NCBI GenBank assembly: GCA_905479195.1
Contig: CAJQLO010000001.1
Coordinates: 212,340-276,339, forward strand
Direction: 5' to 3'
DNA: 64,000 nucleotides
Origin: an uncultured Gammaproteobacteria bacterium
GTDB taxonomy: Bacteria > Pseudomonadota > Gammaproteobacteria > GCA-002705445 > GCA-002716945
This document shows, piece by piece, positions 54,696 through 64,000 of the stretch (position 1 is its first letter; each line of letters opens with the position of its first letter). A program made the translations under genes and the position numbers. The notes beneath the pieces are model-generated. The model did not search any database, had not been told where the DNA came from, and saw only the letters and a list, made by a program, of their open reading frames with translations.

Positions 54696-55164
54696 TAAAT
54701 TAATAAGAGATTTAAAAGACCTTAAGGCCTTATGTTTGTCTTATGAGTCTAGTAATAAAAAAGTTGTAATGACTAATGGGTGTTTTGATATTCTTCATGC
54801 AGGGCATACTTATATTTTAGAAGAATCTAAGAAGCTTGGCGATATCTTAATAGTTGCCCTTAATAGTGATTCATCTATTAAAAAAATTAAATCTAAAGAC
54901 CGACCAATTGTTCCAGAACTTGATAGAGCATATGTCTTGTCATGTTTAAGTTCTGTAGATCATATTATCTTGTTTGATAATGAGAGTCCTGAAGAAATAA
55001 TATGTGAAATTTTGCCAGAAATTTTAATTAAAGGAAGTGATTATAATGGAAAAAAAGTTGCTGGTGAGGACTGCTTAATTAGGAATGGAAAAAAAGTAGT
55101 TTTAATTGATTTGATTGAAGGTAAATCTTCAACCTCAATAATAGATAAAGTCTCAAAACTTTAA
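54679..55164 (+). CDS. hldC: D-glycero-beta-D-manno-heptose-1-phosphate adenylyltransferase (HldE domain II as a separate ORF)
   Basis: 161-aa cytidylyltransferase fold with VVMTNGCFDILHAGH. Its ATG lies 17 nt before the hldA stop. Confidence 0.88.
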   Translation: MNLKNNKLIRDLKDLKALCLSYESSNKKVVMTNGCFDILHAGHTYILEESKKLGDILIVALNSDSSIKKIKSKDRPIVPELDRAYVLSCLSSVDHIILFDNESPEEIICEILPEILIKGSDYNGKKVAGEDCLIRNGKKVVLIDLIEGKSSTSIIDKVSKL

Positions 55165-56190
55165 TATTTTATCTATATTATTAATCACGTCTTGAGTTTT
55201 AATTAATGACATTGCATTTTTATTGCGTACACGTTCTCCCCATTTAGCAGTATTTTCAGTTTTTTTATTAAATATCACTAGGGCTTCAGGATATTTATTA
55301 ATAGTATATTTCATCTCATAGTAAGGACCAGTTCTTAAGGGATTAGATGTCGCATATAAACCTATGACCGGCTTTAAAAGCATAGACGCTATATGAAGAG
55401 TACCAGAATCAGGGCCAATATATAATTCAGATGATTTTATTAAACTATAAACATCTTGCAAATTTGTTTTCCCCACCATATTTGTTACATTATTTATTTT
55501 ATTAAATAAAACTGATTTCTCTAATTCATATTTGCTATGGCCACCAATAATAACAGAACTAATGCCATAGTTAGTAGCTAGATAATCTATAATTATTTTA
55601 TAATTATCAATATCCCACTCTCTATAATTAAATTTACGAGAACTTGTGAATGGATTAAAAATAATATATTTTTCTTTTGTGGGTAAGATAGTAATTTCAG
55701 GGCCTTTAATGTTTATATCTTTACTATATTCTTTTTCTTTTATCCCTATTTTTGATAAAAAATAAAAAAATGTTTCAAGTACATGTGTATTACCAGAAGA
55801 ATCTATACATTCATTAATAAATAAGCTATGAAAATTTTTTGACTTGCTCTTATCAAAACCAATCTTACGCATAGCTTTTATAAACAAAGTCATTAAATTT
55901 GATCTTAAGGATACCTGCATATGCAGCAACACATCAAAATATTTTCTTTTCCTTAGGCTTAAAAGTACCTTAATAGTCTCAATAAACTTTCTTTTATTAA
56001 TTACAATAAAGTCTATATTCTTAATATTTTTAACTAAATGGTATTCTGTTTTTCCTATAATCCATGTAATATTTGCCATAGGGGAGTGAACTTGTAGGGT
56101 TTTTATGATTGGAATCATATGTGTAATATCACCAATGGATGATAATCTTATAATACAGATTGATTTTAATGAATTAATGGACTTAGGCAT
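55153..56190 (-). CDS. LPS heptosyltransferase (GT9 family; WaaC or WaaF type)
   Basis: 345 aa. ICIIRLSSIGDITHMIP matches the WaaC N-terminus VLIVKTSSMGDVLHTLP, and GPDSGTLHIA appears late in the protein. Confidence 0.8.
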   Translation of the reverse strand: MPKSINSLKSICIIRLSSIGDITHMIPIIKTLQVHSPMANITWIIGKTEYHLVKNIKNIDFIVINKRKFIETIKVLLSLRKRKYFDVLLHMQVSLRSNLMTLFIKAMRKIGFDKSKSKNFHSLFINECIDSSGNTHVLETFFYFLSKIGIKEKEYSKDINIKGPEITILPTKEKYIIFNPFTSSRKFNYREWDIDNYKIIIDYLATNYGISSVIIGGHSKYELEKSVLFNKINNVTNMVGKTNLQDVYSLIKSSELYIGPDSGTLHIASMLLKPVIGLYATSNPLRTGPYYEMKYTINKYPEALVIFNKKTENTAKWGERVRNKNAMSLIKTQDVINNIDKILKF

Positions 56191-56193
56191 AAT

Positions 56194-56913
56194 TTGAGTA
56201 TAATAACTAAAAAAATTGATAATAAGATAATATTCTATGATAAAGATGTAGGAATTAATATAGAAGAATTATTTTCTGATGGTGCATTTGCAACAGATGA
56301 AAGTAAGAATGTTCAATGGATTAATGATAGAAAGTGGGTTAAAAAGCACTATTTTCGTAAAGGAATGATGGCTTTTCTGAATGACTGGTACTTATATAAT
56401 GATATCAAGAGTACACGTTCATATAGAGAATTTGAAATATTAAATTACCTGCATAAGTATAGTTTCAATACCTGCAAACCATTAATTGGGTGGACCACAT
56501 ATAGTGGAATTTCATATAAAGCTAATTTAGTTACAGAAGCAATTCCCGCTTTAACCTTGAATGAATTACTTCTTCAAAAATCACTCAATTATGAGCAAGG
56601 CATTTCTTTAAAGTATGAAAGACCAGAGCTTTTTAAACAGATTGGAATAAAGGTTGCGCAAATGCATATGTTAGGGGTTTATCATGGTGATTTAAATATA
56701 AATAACATCATGGTTTCCGAAGACTTGTCCGACAAAGGTAATTTAAAAATTTGGATACTAGATTTTGACAAATCATTTAGAAGATATTTAACAGAAGGAG
56801 ATAGGAAATCAAATTTGCATAGATTCCAGAGGTCATTGATTAAAAATAAAAGATATCTACCTTTTGATTACGAAACATTTCTTTCCAGTTATTTTTCAAC
56901 AATTAATGATTGA
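56194..56913 (+). CDS. kdkA: 3-deoxy-D-manno-octulosonic acid (Kdo) kinase
   Basis: 239-aa LPS-kinase fold with YHGDLNINNIMV and ILDFDKS. TTG start only 3 nt from the divergent GT9 start codon. Confidence 0.7.
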   Translation: MSIITKKIDNKIIFYDKDVGINIEELFSDGAFATDESKNVQWINDRKWVKKHYFRKGMMAFLNDWYLYNDIKSTRSYREFEILNYLHKYSFNTCKPLIGWTTYSGISYKANLVTEAIPALTLNELLLQKSLNYEQGISLKYERPELFKQIGIKVAQMHMLGVYHGDLNINNIMVSEDLSDKGNLKIWILDFDKSFRRYLTEGDRKSNLHRFQRSLIKNKRYLPFDYETFLSSYFSTIND

Positions 56914-58118
56914 ATAGATTTACAATAATTATCAATTATATCTTTTTTTGATTTCATAATTTTTTTAGCATTTTCACCAAGCAGCTCTCTTGTTTTTTTA
57001 GATCTTAGTAACTTTTCAAATACATATTTCAAGCTATCTGAATTCTTAACCATAAGCATTGCCTTTTTCTTACAAAATTCCTCTGTTTCAGCTCTAAAAT
57101 TATTCATATATGGTCCAACAATAATACTTTTTCCATAAGCAGCTGCTTCAAGAAAATTATGTCCTCCATGATCAACCAATGATCCTCCTACAAAGACAAA
57201 TTCACAATGTTCCATTAAATTTTCTATCTCACCAACTGTATCAGCTATATAAATTTGTGTAGAATTTCTAATTCTTTCATTTTTACTTCTAATGGCAATC
57301 TCTACTCTGTCTAATGGTAAGTCGGATAAAATATCCCCTAGTCTTTCTGGATGTCTAGGAGCTATAACAAGGAGTACTTTTTTTTCATGAGTTTTTAGCC
57401 ATTCTACGATAATTTGTCTTTCTTCATCTGGCTGAGTAGATACAGCTAAAACATATTTTTTATTTATTATATTATCTGTAGTAGCAATAGCACTATATTG
57501 CGAAAATTTTATATTACCAGTAACTTCTATATTTAAATTAGATCCACCAAGATTTATAAAATTTTCTTTTTCTAATTCTGATTTGCACATTATTAGATTA
57601 ATTTTTGGAAGCGCTAACTGATATATATTTTTTATTAACTTATTAGTTTGTAAAGTCTTATTTGAGAGACGACCATTAATGATCATAATTGGAATTTTAT
57701 TATTTTTACATATATTTATTAAATTAGGCCATATTTCTGTTTCAACTATTATACAGATTCTGGGTTTAATTAAGGTAATAAACTTTTTAATAGTTATCTG
57801 CCAATCTAGTGGCAAGTAATAATGTTTTAATTTTTCAGATTCTATAATTAAAGATTTCGAAGAGGATGTTGTGGTGGTTATAAAAAATAATGCTTTAGGG
57901 TAAGTAAGTATAAGTTTCGAATATAATGATAATGCAATTTTAGTTTCACCGATAGACGATGCATGAATCCATATTGTCTCCCTATTTAATTTTGGCCTCA
58001 TAAGACCAAGTCTTTGAAGAATAAAGGTAATACCACTTTTCCTTCTAATAGCATTAAATATAACTTTTAATATCAAGTAAGGAGTTAGTAGATATAGAAA
58101 TAAATTATATTTATACAT
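56889..58118 (-). CDS. waaA: Kdo transferase
   Basis: 409 aa. IWIHASSIGE matches E. coli LWLHAVSVGE, and the body is a GT30 fold. Its 3' end overlaps the kdkA 3' end by 25 nt. Confidence 0.9.
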   Translation of the reverse strand: MYKYNLFLYLLTPYLILKVIFNAIRRKSGITFILQRLGLMRPKLNRETIWIHASSIGETKIALSLYSKLILTYPKALFFITTTTSSSKSLIIESEKLKHYYLPLDWQITIKKFITLIKPRICIIVETEIWPNLINICKNNKIPIMIINGRLSNKTLQTNKLIKNIYQLALPKINLIMCKSELEKENFINLGGSNLNIEVTGNIKFSQYSAIATTDNIINKKYVLAVSTQPDEERQIIVEWLKTHEKKVLLVIAPRHPERLGDILSDLPLDRVEIAIRSKNERIRNSTQIYIADTVGEIENLMEHCEFVFVGGSLVDHGGHNFLEAAAYGKSIIVGPYMNNFRAETEEFCKKKAMLMVKNSDSLKYVFEKLLRSKKTRELLGENAKKIMKSKKDIIDNYCKSIQSLIVEK

Positions 58119-58130
58119 TCAGTTATAGAC

Positions 58131-59441
58131 TTACCAAATCAGAATCTGGTTAATATTTTCAATACTTTCAACATTTAATTCTGATGAATATTTTTTTAAC
58201 TTAAGATCCATTAAAAGATATTTTAGGGTGTTTGATATTAGTTCATGTTTAGCAATAGTAAGTTTGTATTCAGAATCTTTTAATTCAACATTAGTGTATA
58301 ATCCTGATTGGGAGCCATTTCGAGTAGTTATAAAATCAAAATTAGTAGCCTCGTATCTATTTTTATTAGCAATTATAAGCTTCTTTAGTAAATTATGATT
58401 ATTTACTTTATCAATTATATCTCTTTTAATAGTTCGTCTTAGCTGATCTAAACTTACTTTAGCATTTTCATATTTATACCGAGATTCTTCGACTTTTGAA
58501 CTTTGAAAACCACCTTGATAGATTGGAAAGTTTACCGTTAATCCTATTGTATTTGATTCTCTTGTCGTTCTTCCTAGTCTTGATCCACTGCTTGTATCCG
58601 AATAGTCATACGTTGCTATTAAATCAACAGTTGGATAGTGCTGCGATCTATTAGATTTCATCTCATGTTTAGAAATATCAACATCTAGGAGAGCTAGTTT
58701 TATACTATCAAATGATGCAATTGCTTTAGATATTAGTGACTCTGCTTCATAATTTGTAAATGGTATATCAGCTATAGTATTTAGGTTATGTATATCTAGA
58801 GCTTTTCTACCAGTAAAGATATAGATATCTTGTTTAACTAACTCTAATTCATTCAAAGATACATCTAGCTCTATATTGGCAATATTAAAATTATTCTCAT
58901 GCTTATTCAGTTCAATATCCGTGATGTATCCATTTGAGAATAACTTTTTTGCATTATTATGTTTTAAAAACATAATTTCATTTTTTATTAACTCAGACTG
59001 GTATTTATTATTAGAATTAATTAATGAGAAATATAGCTCAGCAGATTTTATAATCAAATCTTTTTTATAATTTGATATCTCGATTTGAGATCTGTTTATA
59101 TTCGCTTCAGCTTTATTAAGTTCATCAAAAAAATAAATGCGTAAAAGTGGTTGAGTTATTTTTAGTGTCGCAGTTTCGCTCGCATAGTCTCCAATTATCC
59201 CAGAACCATCATACTTATTAGTATTAATTTCCTGTGTGCTTGCACTGATTCCAATATCAGGAAATAAAGATGATGATGTTTGGTTATACTTTTCTTTTGA
59301 AATCTCATTATTATTAGTAATAATTTTTAAATCGTTATTAAACTTTAGAGCTCTATTATATATATCAAGGATATCTGCTGAATGCGTAATAGGCGATAAT
59401 GTAATTATTAACATTATTATGAAAAATCTAAAATTAAACAT
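58131..59441 (-). CDS. tolC: TolC-family outer membrane channel
   Basis: 436 aa with a signal peptide and two OEP repeats. The start resembles TolC (DILDIYNRALKFNNDLK). Confidence 0.85.
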   Translation of the reverse strand: MFNFRFFIIMLIITLSPITHSADILDIYNRALKFNNDLKIITNNNEISKEKYNQTSSSLFPDIGISASTQEINTNKYDGSGIIGDYASETATLKITQPLLRIYFFDELNKAEANINRSQIEISNYKKDLIIKSAELYFSLINSNNKYQSELIKNEIMFLKHNNAKKLFSNGYITDIELNKHENNFNIANIELDVSLNELELVKQDIYIFTGRKALDIHNLNTIADIPFTNYEAESLISKAIASFDSIKLALLDVDISKHEMKSNRSQHYPTVDLIATYDYSDTSSGSRLGRTTRESNTIGLTVNFPIYQGGFQSSKVEESRYKYENAKVSLDQLRRTIKRDIIDKVNNHNLLKKLIIANKNRYEATNFDFITTRNGSQSGLYTNVELKDSEYKLTIAKHELISNTLKYLLMDLKLKKYSSELNVESIENINQILIW

Positions 59442-59757
59442 ATTTAGTCATAGATGGGTCAACTTCATTTGACCAAGCATCAACGCCTCCACTTAAATTA
59501 ATTATATTTGTAAACCCATTAGCATCCAGATATTTGGCAACCATCCTACTTCTGACTCCATGGTGACAAACTACTATAATCATATCATCATGATTCAAAT
59601 CATCTTTCCTTTCAGTAATTTGACCCATTGGAATATGAACTGAGTTTTCTATATGACATATATCATATTCCCATTTTTCCCTCACATCAAGAATGACAGG
59701 AATAATACTATCATCATTTAATATTCCGCTAATTTCTAATACACTTTTTTCAATCAT
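59434..59757 (-). CDS. single-domain rhodanese-like sulfurtransferase
   Basis: 107 aa with the active-site loop CHHGVRS (Cx5-R/S type). Confidence 0.85.
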   Translation of the reverse strand: MIEKSVLEISGILNDDSIIPVILDVREKWEYDICHIENSVHIPMGQITERKDDLNHDDMIIVVCHHGVRSRMVAKYLDANGFTNIINLSGGVDAWSNEVDPSMTKYV

Positions 59758-60397
59758 TTTTTTCTACAATAAGGTGACTAACGCTAGTTTCAGCTATATA
59801 TTCTTTGGACAAACTAGATGTTTTTAGTTTCTTAATTAAGAACCCTGTTTTTACTGGGGCTATCTTCTTGCCAAAAAATATAAACGCACGAGACTGGTTA
59901 TCCATATGATCTGTTATTAGGCTTAAATCATCAACACTACTAGTGAGAATAACTACACTATATTTTTTGATAATCGAAAGATTATTCATTAAATCTAGAT
60001 TTTCATATAAGATATTTCCTTTCAAAAAATCTTGATTTGAATTTTTTTTAGATATTGTCACTAAATTATTATCTATATCTATTGAATGAACCTTATTTCC
60101 TAATAATGAAACACATGAAGATAGGTATCCTGTACCAGAACCTACCACAAGAATATTTTCATTTAGTTGAATATTTAATGCTTGTAGCATTTTTGCCTCA
60201 ATAGATGGCATTAGCATATGTTGATTATCACCAATAGGAATATTTATATCTACATGAGAAAAATTTTTATAGGCCTCAGGAGTAAATAGCTTTCTAGGTA
60301 TTAATTTAAGAATATTCAAGACATTATTATCAATAACATTCAGAGACCTGATATGATTTTCTACCATATTTATTGTATCGGTATTATCTACTTTCAT
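59750..60397 (-). CDS. protein-L-isoaspartate O-methyltransferase-like methyltransferase
   Basis: 215 aa, Pcm-like: VLNILKLIPRKLFTPEAY, an MPSIEAKML motif, and the VVGSGTGYLS SAM motif. Confidence 0.7.
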   Translation of the reverse strand: MKVDNTDTINMVENHIRSLNVIDNNVLNILKLIPRKLFTPEAYKNFSHVDINIPIGDNQHMLMPSIEAKMLQALNIQLNENILVVGSGTGYLSSCVSLLGNKVHSIDIDNNLVTISKKNSNQDFLKGNILYENLDLMNNLSIIKKYSVVILTSSVDDLSLITDHMDNQSRAFIFFGKKIAPVKTGFLIKKLKTSSLSKEYIAETSVSHLIVEKND

Positions 60398-60450
60398 TTC
60401 ATTGGTAAGTTTAGTATTGTTACATTATAAGTCAAAAGCTAAGTAATTAA

Positions 60451-62259
<1,809 letters not shown>

Positions 62260-62264
62260 ATAAA

Positions 62265-63560
62265 TTATTTCTTCTTTTTGGTTTTTCCAAAAACACCATC
62301 AAGAGCTTGGTTAATATCATTGATAATATCTTCAGAATTTTCTATACCGATAGATAATCTTACTAAGTCTTCAGGTACTCCAGCTTCTTTAAGTTCTTTT
62401 GGTGATAATTGTCTATGTGTGGTAGATGCAGGATGACATGCTAAAGATTTAGCATCACCAATATTTACCAATCTAACAATAAGGTCTAGGTTATCTATAA
62501 ATTTAGATCCATTACTTTTTCCACCTTTAATTCCAAAACTTAAAACGCTAGATGCTTTTCCACCCATTAGCTTTTTAACTAATTCATAGTCAGGACTACT
62601 TGCGATACCGGGGTAATTTACCCAGGTTACATTAGGATGTTTCATTAGAAAGTTTGCAACCTTAACTGCATTCTCACAGTGCCTATCCATCCTTACTGCC
62701 AAGCTTTCAATGCCTTGCAATATTAAAAAACTATTGAATGGTGATATACATGCTCCCATATTTCTTAACGGAACTACTCTTGCGGCTCCTATAAAAGCTG
62801 CATCTCCTAGTGCTTCTGTATACACTACACCATGATAAGACGGGTCTGGTGTATTTAATCTACTAAATCTTTTTTTATGTTTAGCCCAAGGAAACTTTCC
62901 TGAATCAACTATAATTCCACCTATTGTTGTACCATGTCCACCCATATATTTTGTAAGGGAATGAACAACAATATCTGCACCATGCTCGATAGGTCTAAAT
63001 AGATATGGAGAAGGAACAGTATTATCTACAATTAATGGTATGCCATGCTTATGAGCCATTTTGGCCATCTGTGGAACATCTACAACATTTGCAGCTGGAT
63101 TACCTATTGATTCACAAAATATAGCTTTTGTTTTTGAATCAATTAATTTTTCCATATCAGCAATTTTATCATGTGCTCCAAATCTAACATCTACTCCAAA
63201 ACGAGGTAACTGATGAGCAAATAAAGTATATGTACCACCATATAAAGTACTTGTACTAACGATATTATCTCCCGCTTCACAGATTGTCATGATTGCATAA
63301 GTTGTTGCAGCGGAACCAGATGCTAGAGCTAGAGCTCCTATACCACCTTCCATTGCTGCCACACGTTTTTCAAGAACATCAGAAGTAGGATTCATTATCC
63401 TAGTATAAATATTCCCAGCTTCTTTGAGATCAAATAGATCAGCCCCATGTTGTGAGTCTCTAAACGAGTAAGACGCTGTTTGATATATAGGTACAGCTAC
63501 TGCGTTTGTTGTAGCTTCCGGAGAGTATCCTCCGTGGATTGCAATCGTTTCGAATTTCAT
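62265..63560 (-). CDS. metY: O-acetylhomoserine sulfhydrylase
   Basis: 431-aa Cys/Met-metabolism PLP enzyme with SLTKYMGGHG (PLP lysine) and a MetY-type N-terminus FETIAIHGG. Confidence 0.92.
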   Translation of the reverse strand: MKFETIAIHGGYSPEATTNAVAVPIYQTASYSFRDSQHGADLFDLKEAGNIYTRIMNPTSDVLEKRVAAMEGGIGALALASGSAATTYAIMTICEAGDNIVSTSTLYGGTYTLFAHQLPRFGVDVRFGAHDKIADMEKLIDSKTKAIFCESIGNPAANVVDVPQMAKMAHKHGIPLIVDNTVPSPYLFRPIEHGADIVVHSLTKYMGGHGTTIGGIIVDSGKFPWAKHKKRFSRLNTPDPSYHGVVYTEALGDAAFIGAARVVPLRNMGACISPFNSFLILQGIESLAVRMDRHCENAVKVANFLMKHPNVTWVNYPGIASSPDYELVKKLMGGKASSVLSFGIKGGKSNGSKFIDNLDLIVRLVNIGDAKSLACHPASTTHRQLSPKELKEAGVPEDLVRLSIGIENSEDIINDINQALDGVFGKTKKKK

Positions 63561-63623
63561 ATGTCCCCCAAAATTCAGTATTCAACCATCATAAGAAAAA
63601 ATTAGCATTATTACTAGTATAAT

Positions 63624-64000
63624 TTATGAGATATCAAGATTTAGTTGATTTAGTGGCCGATTATCAAATTGTATCCCTATACCTAAAAGTCGTATTGGTT
63701 TCTTATTAGTTAAAAGAGTTTTTTTTAGAAGATTCAAATAAATAAGATAGTTAGTTTTTTGACTTGATATCTGCATAGTCATTAATTTAAAATCATTAAA
63801 TTTTATCTTGATGAAACATGATTTAATTAGTCTGTCTTTATACTCTTCTTTGCCAAATCTTTTTTTAAATTCTAAATATAATTTATTTAACTCATTGGCA
63901 GCCTGACCATAACTGGTTAAATCTTTTATATAAGTATCTTCCACACTTAAACTTTTACTGATCTTGTTATCTTCAACTAATCTATCATCTATACCTCTTG
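63624..64000 (-). CDS. dinB: DNA polymerase IV, C-terminal part only (gene continues past right window edge)
   Basis: The reading frame stays open to the window edge. Reverse translation of 64000-63945 gives RGIDDRLVEDNKISKSLSVEDTY..., continuing into the track ORF, which ends IRLLGIGIQF. This is the DinB palm/little-finger pattern. The track's M at 63944 is an internal GTG. Confidence 0.8.
   Translation of the reverse strand, partial: RGIDDRLVEDNKISKSLSVEDTYIKDLTSYGQAANELNKLYLEFKKRFGKEEYKDRLIKSCFIKIKFNDFKLMTMQISSQKTNYLIYLNLLKKTLLTNKKPIRLLGIGIQFDNRPLNQLNLDIS

Noticed and set aside
60343-60358. GAGACCTGATATGATT, resembling part of the TPP riboswitch core (ACCUGAU)
   Set aside because: It lies inside the pcm-like coding region and lacks the flanking CTGAGA, CCAGCG and G-rich pairing elements. 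This is a chance partial match.
63561-63623. Possible SAM riboswitch or other leader upstream of metY
   Set aside because: The spacer is only 63 nt with no GC-rich stems, too short for an S-box or SAM-II element. It appears to hold only an RBS (GGGGGA) and a promoter.

Overview
Very AT-rich, extremely gene-dense chromosomal core segment of a Gram-negative proteobacterium. I support 72 protein-coding genes. Two are cut by the window edges (aroK on the left, dinB on the right), one is a 51-aa rpmG missing from the ORF track, and one is a tentative 50-aa ORF. I also call one clear intrinsic terminator and a few candidate regulatory sites. I found no rRNA, tRNA or other structured RNA, no CRISPR array, no transposase or integrase, and no phage or recognisable defence gene. 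By my hand tally of the gaps, only about 2.2 kb of 64 kb is non-coding. Many neighbouring genes abut or overlap, including convergent pairs. Gene order (dsbD-aroQ-accB-accC ... fis-purH-purD, fxsA-groES-groEL, trxA-rho, gltD-hemE, kdkA/waaA/tolC) and protein similarity to E. coli and Pseudomonas orthologues point to Gammaproteobacteria. A streamlined marine sulfur-oxidiser lineage such as SUP05/Arctic96BD-19 is only a guess. Content is mostly housekeeping: an aa3 cytochrome oxidase structural and assembly cluster, rpoH, ribosomal proteins, folate, purine, biotin, LPS-core and iron-uptake genes. The one physiologically distinctive block is a complete sat-aprM-aprB-aprA (APS pathway) locus at 29.9-34.6 kb. 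It is flanked by the only sizeable genes I cannot assign: a 640-aa protein divergent from sat, a 50-aa ORF with a strong RBS between sat and aprM, and a 116-aa ORF after aprA. That neighbourhood is my best candidate for undescribed biology, but this is an inference from position only. Other checkable oddities include hldE split by a single base in an A6 run, thiC without a THI-box leader, and a Fur-box-like site over the fbpA promoter. There is also a sigma-32-type promoter upstream of groES, and an orphan gltD.
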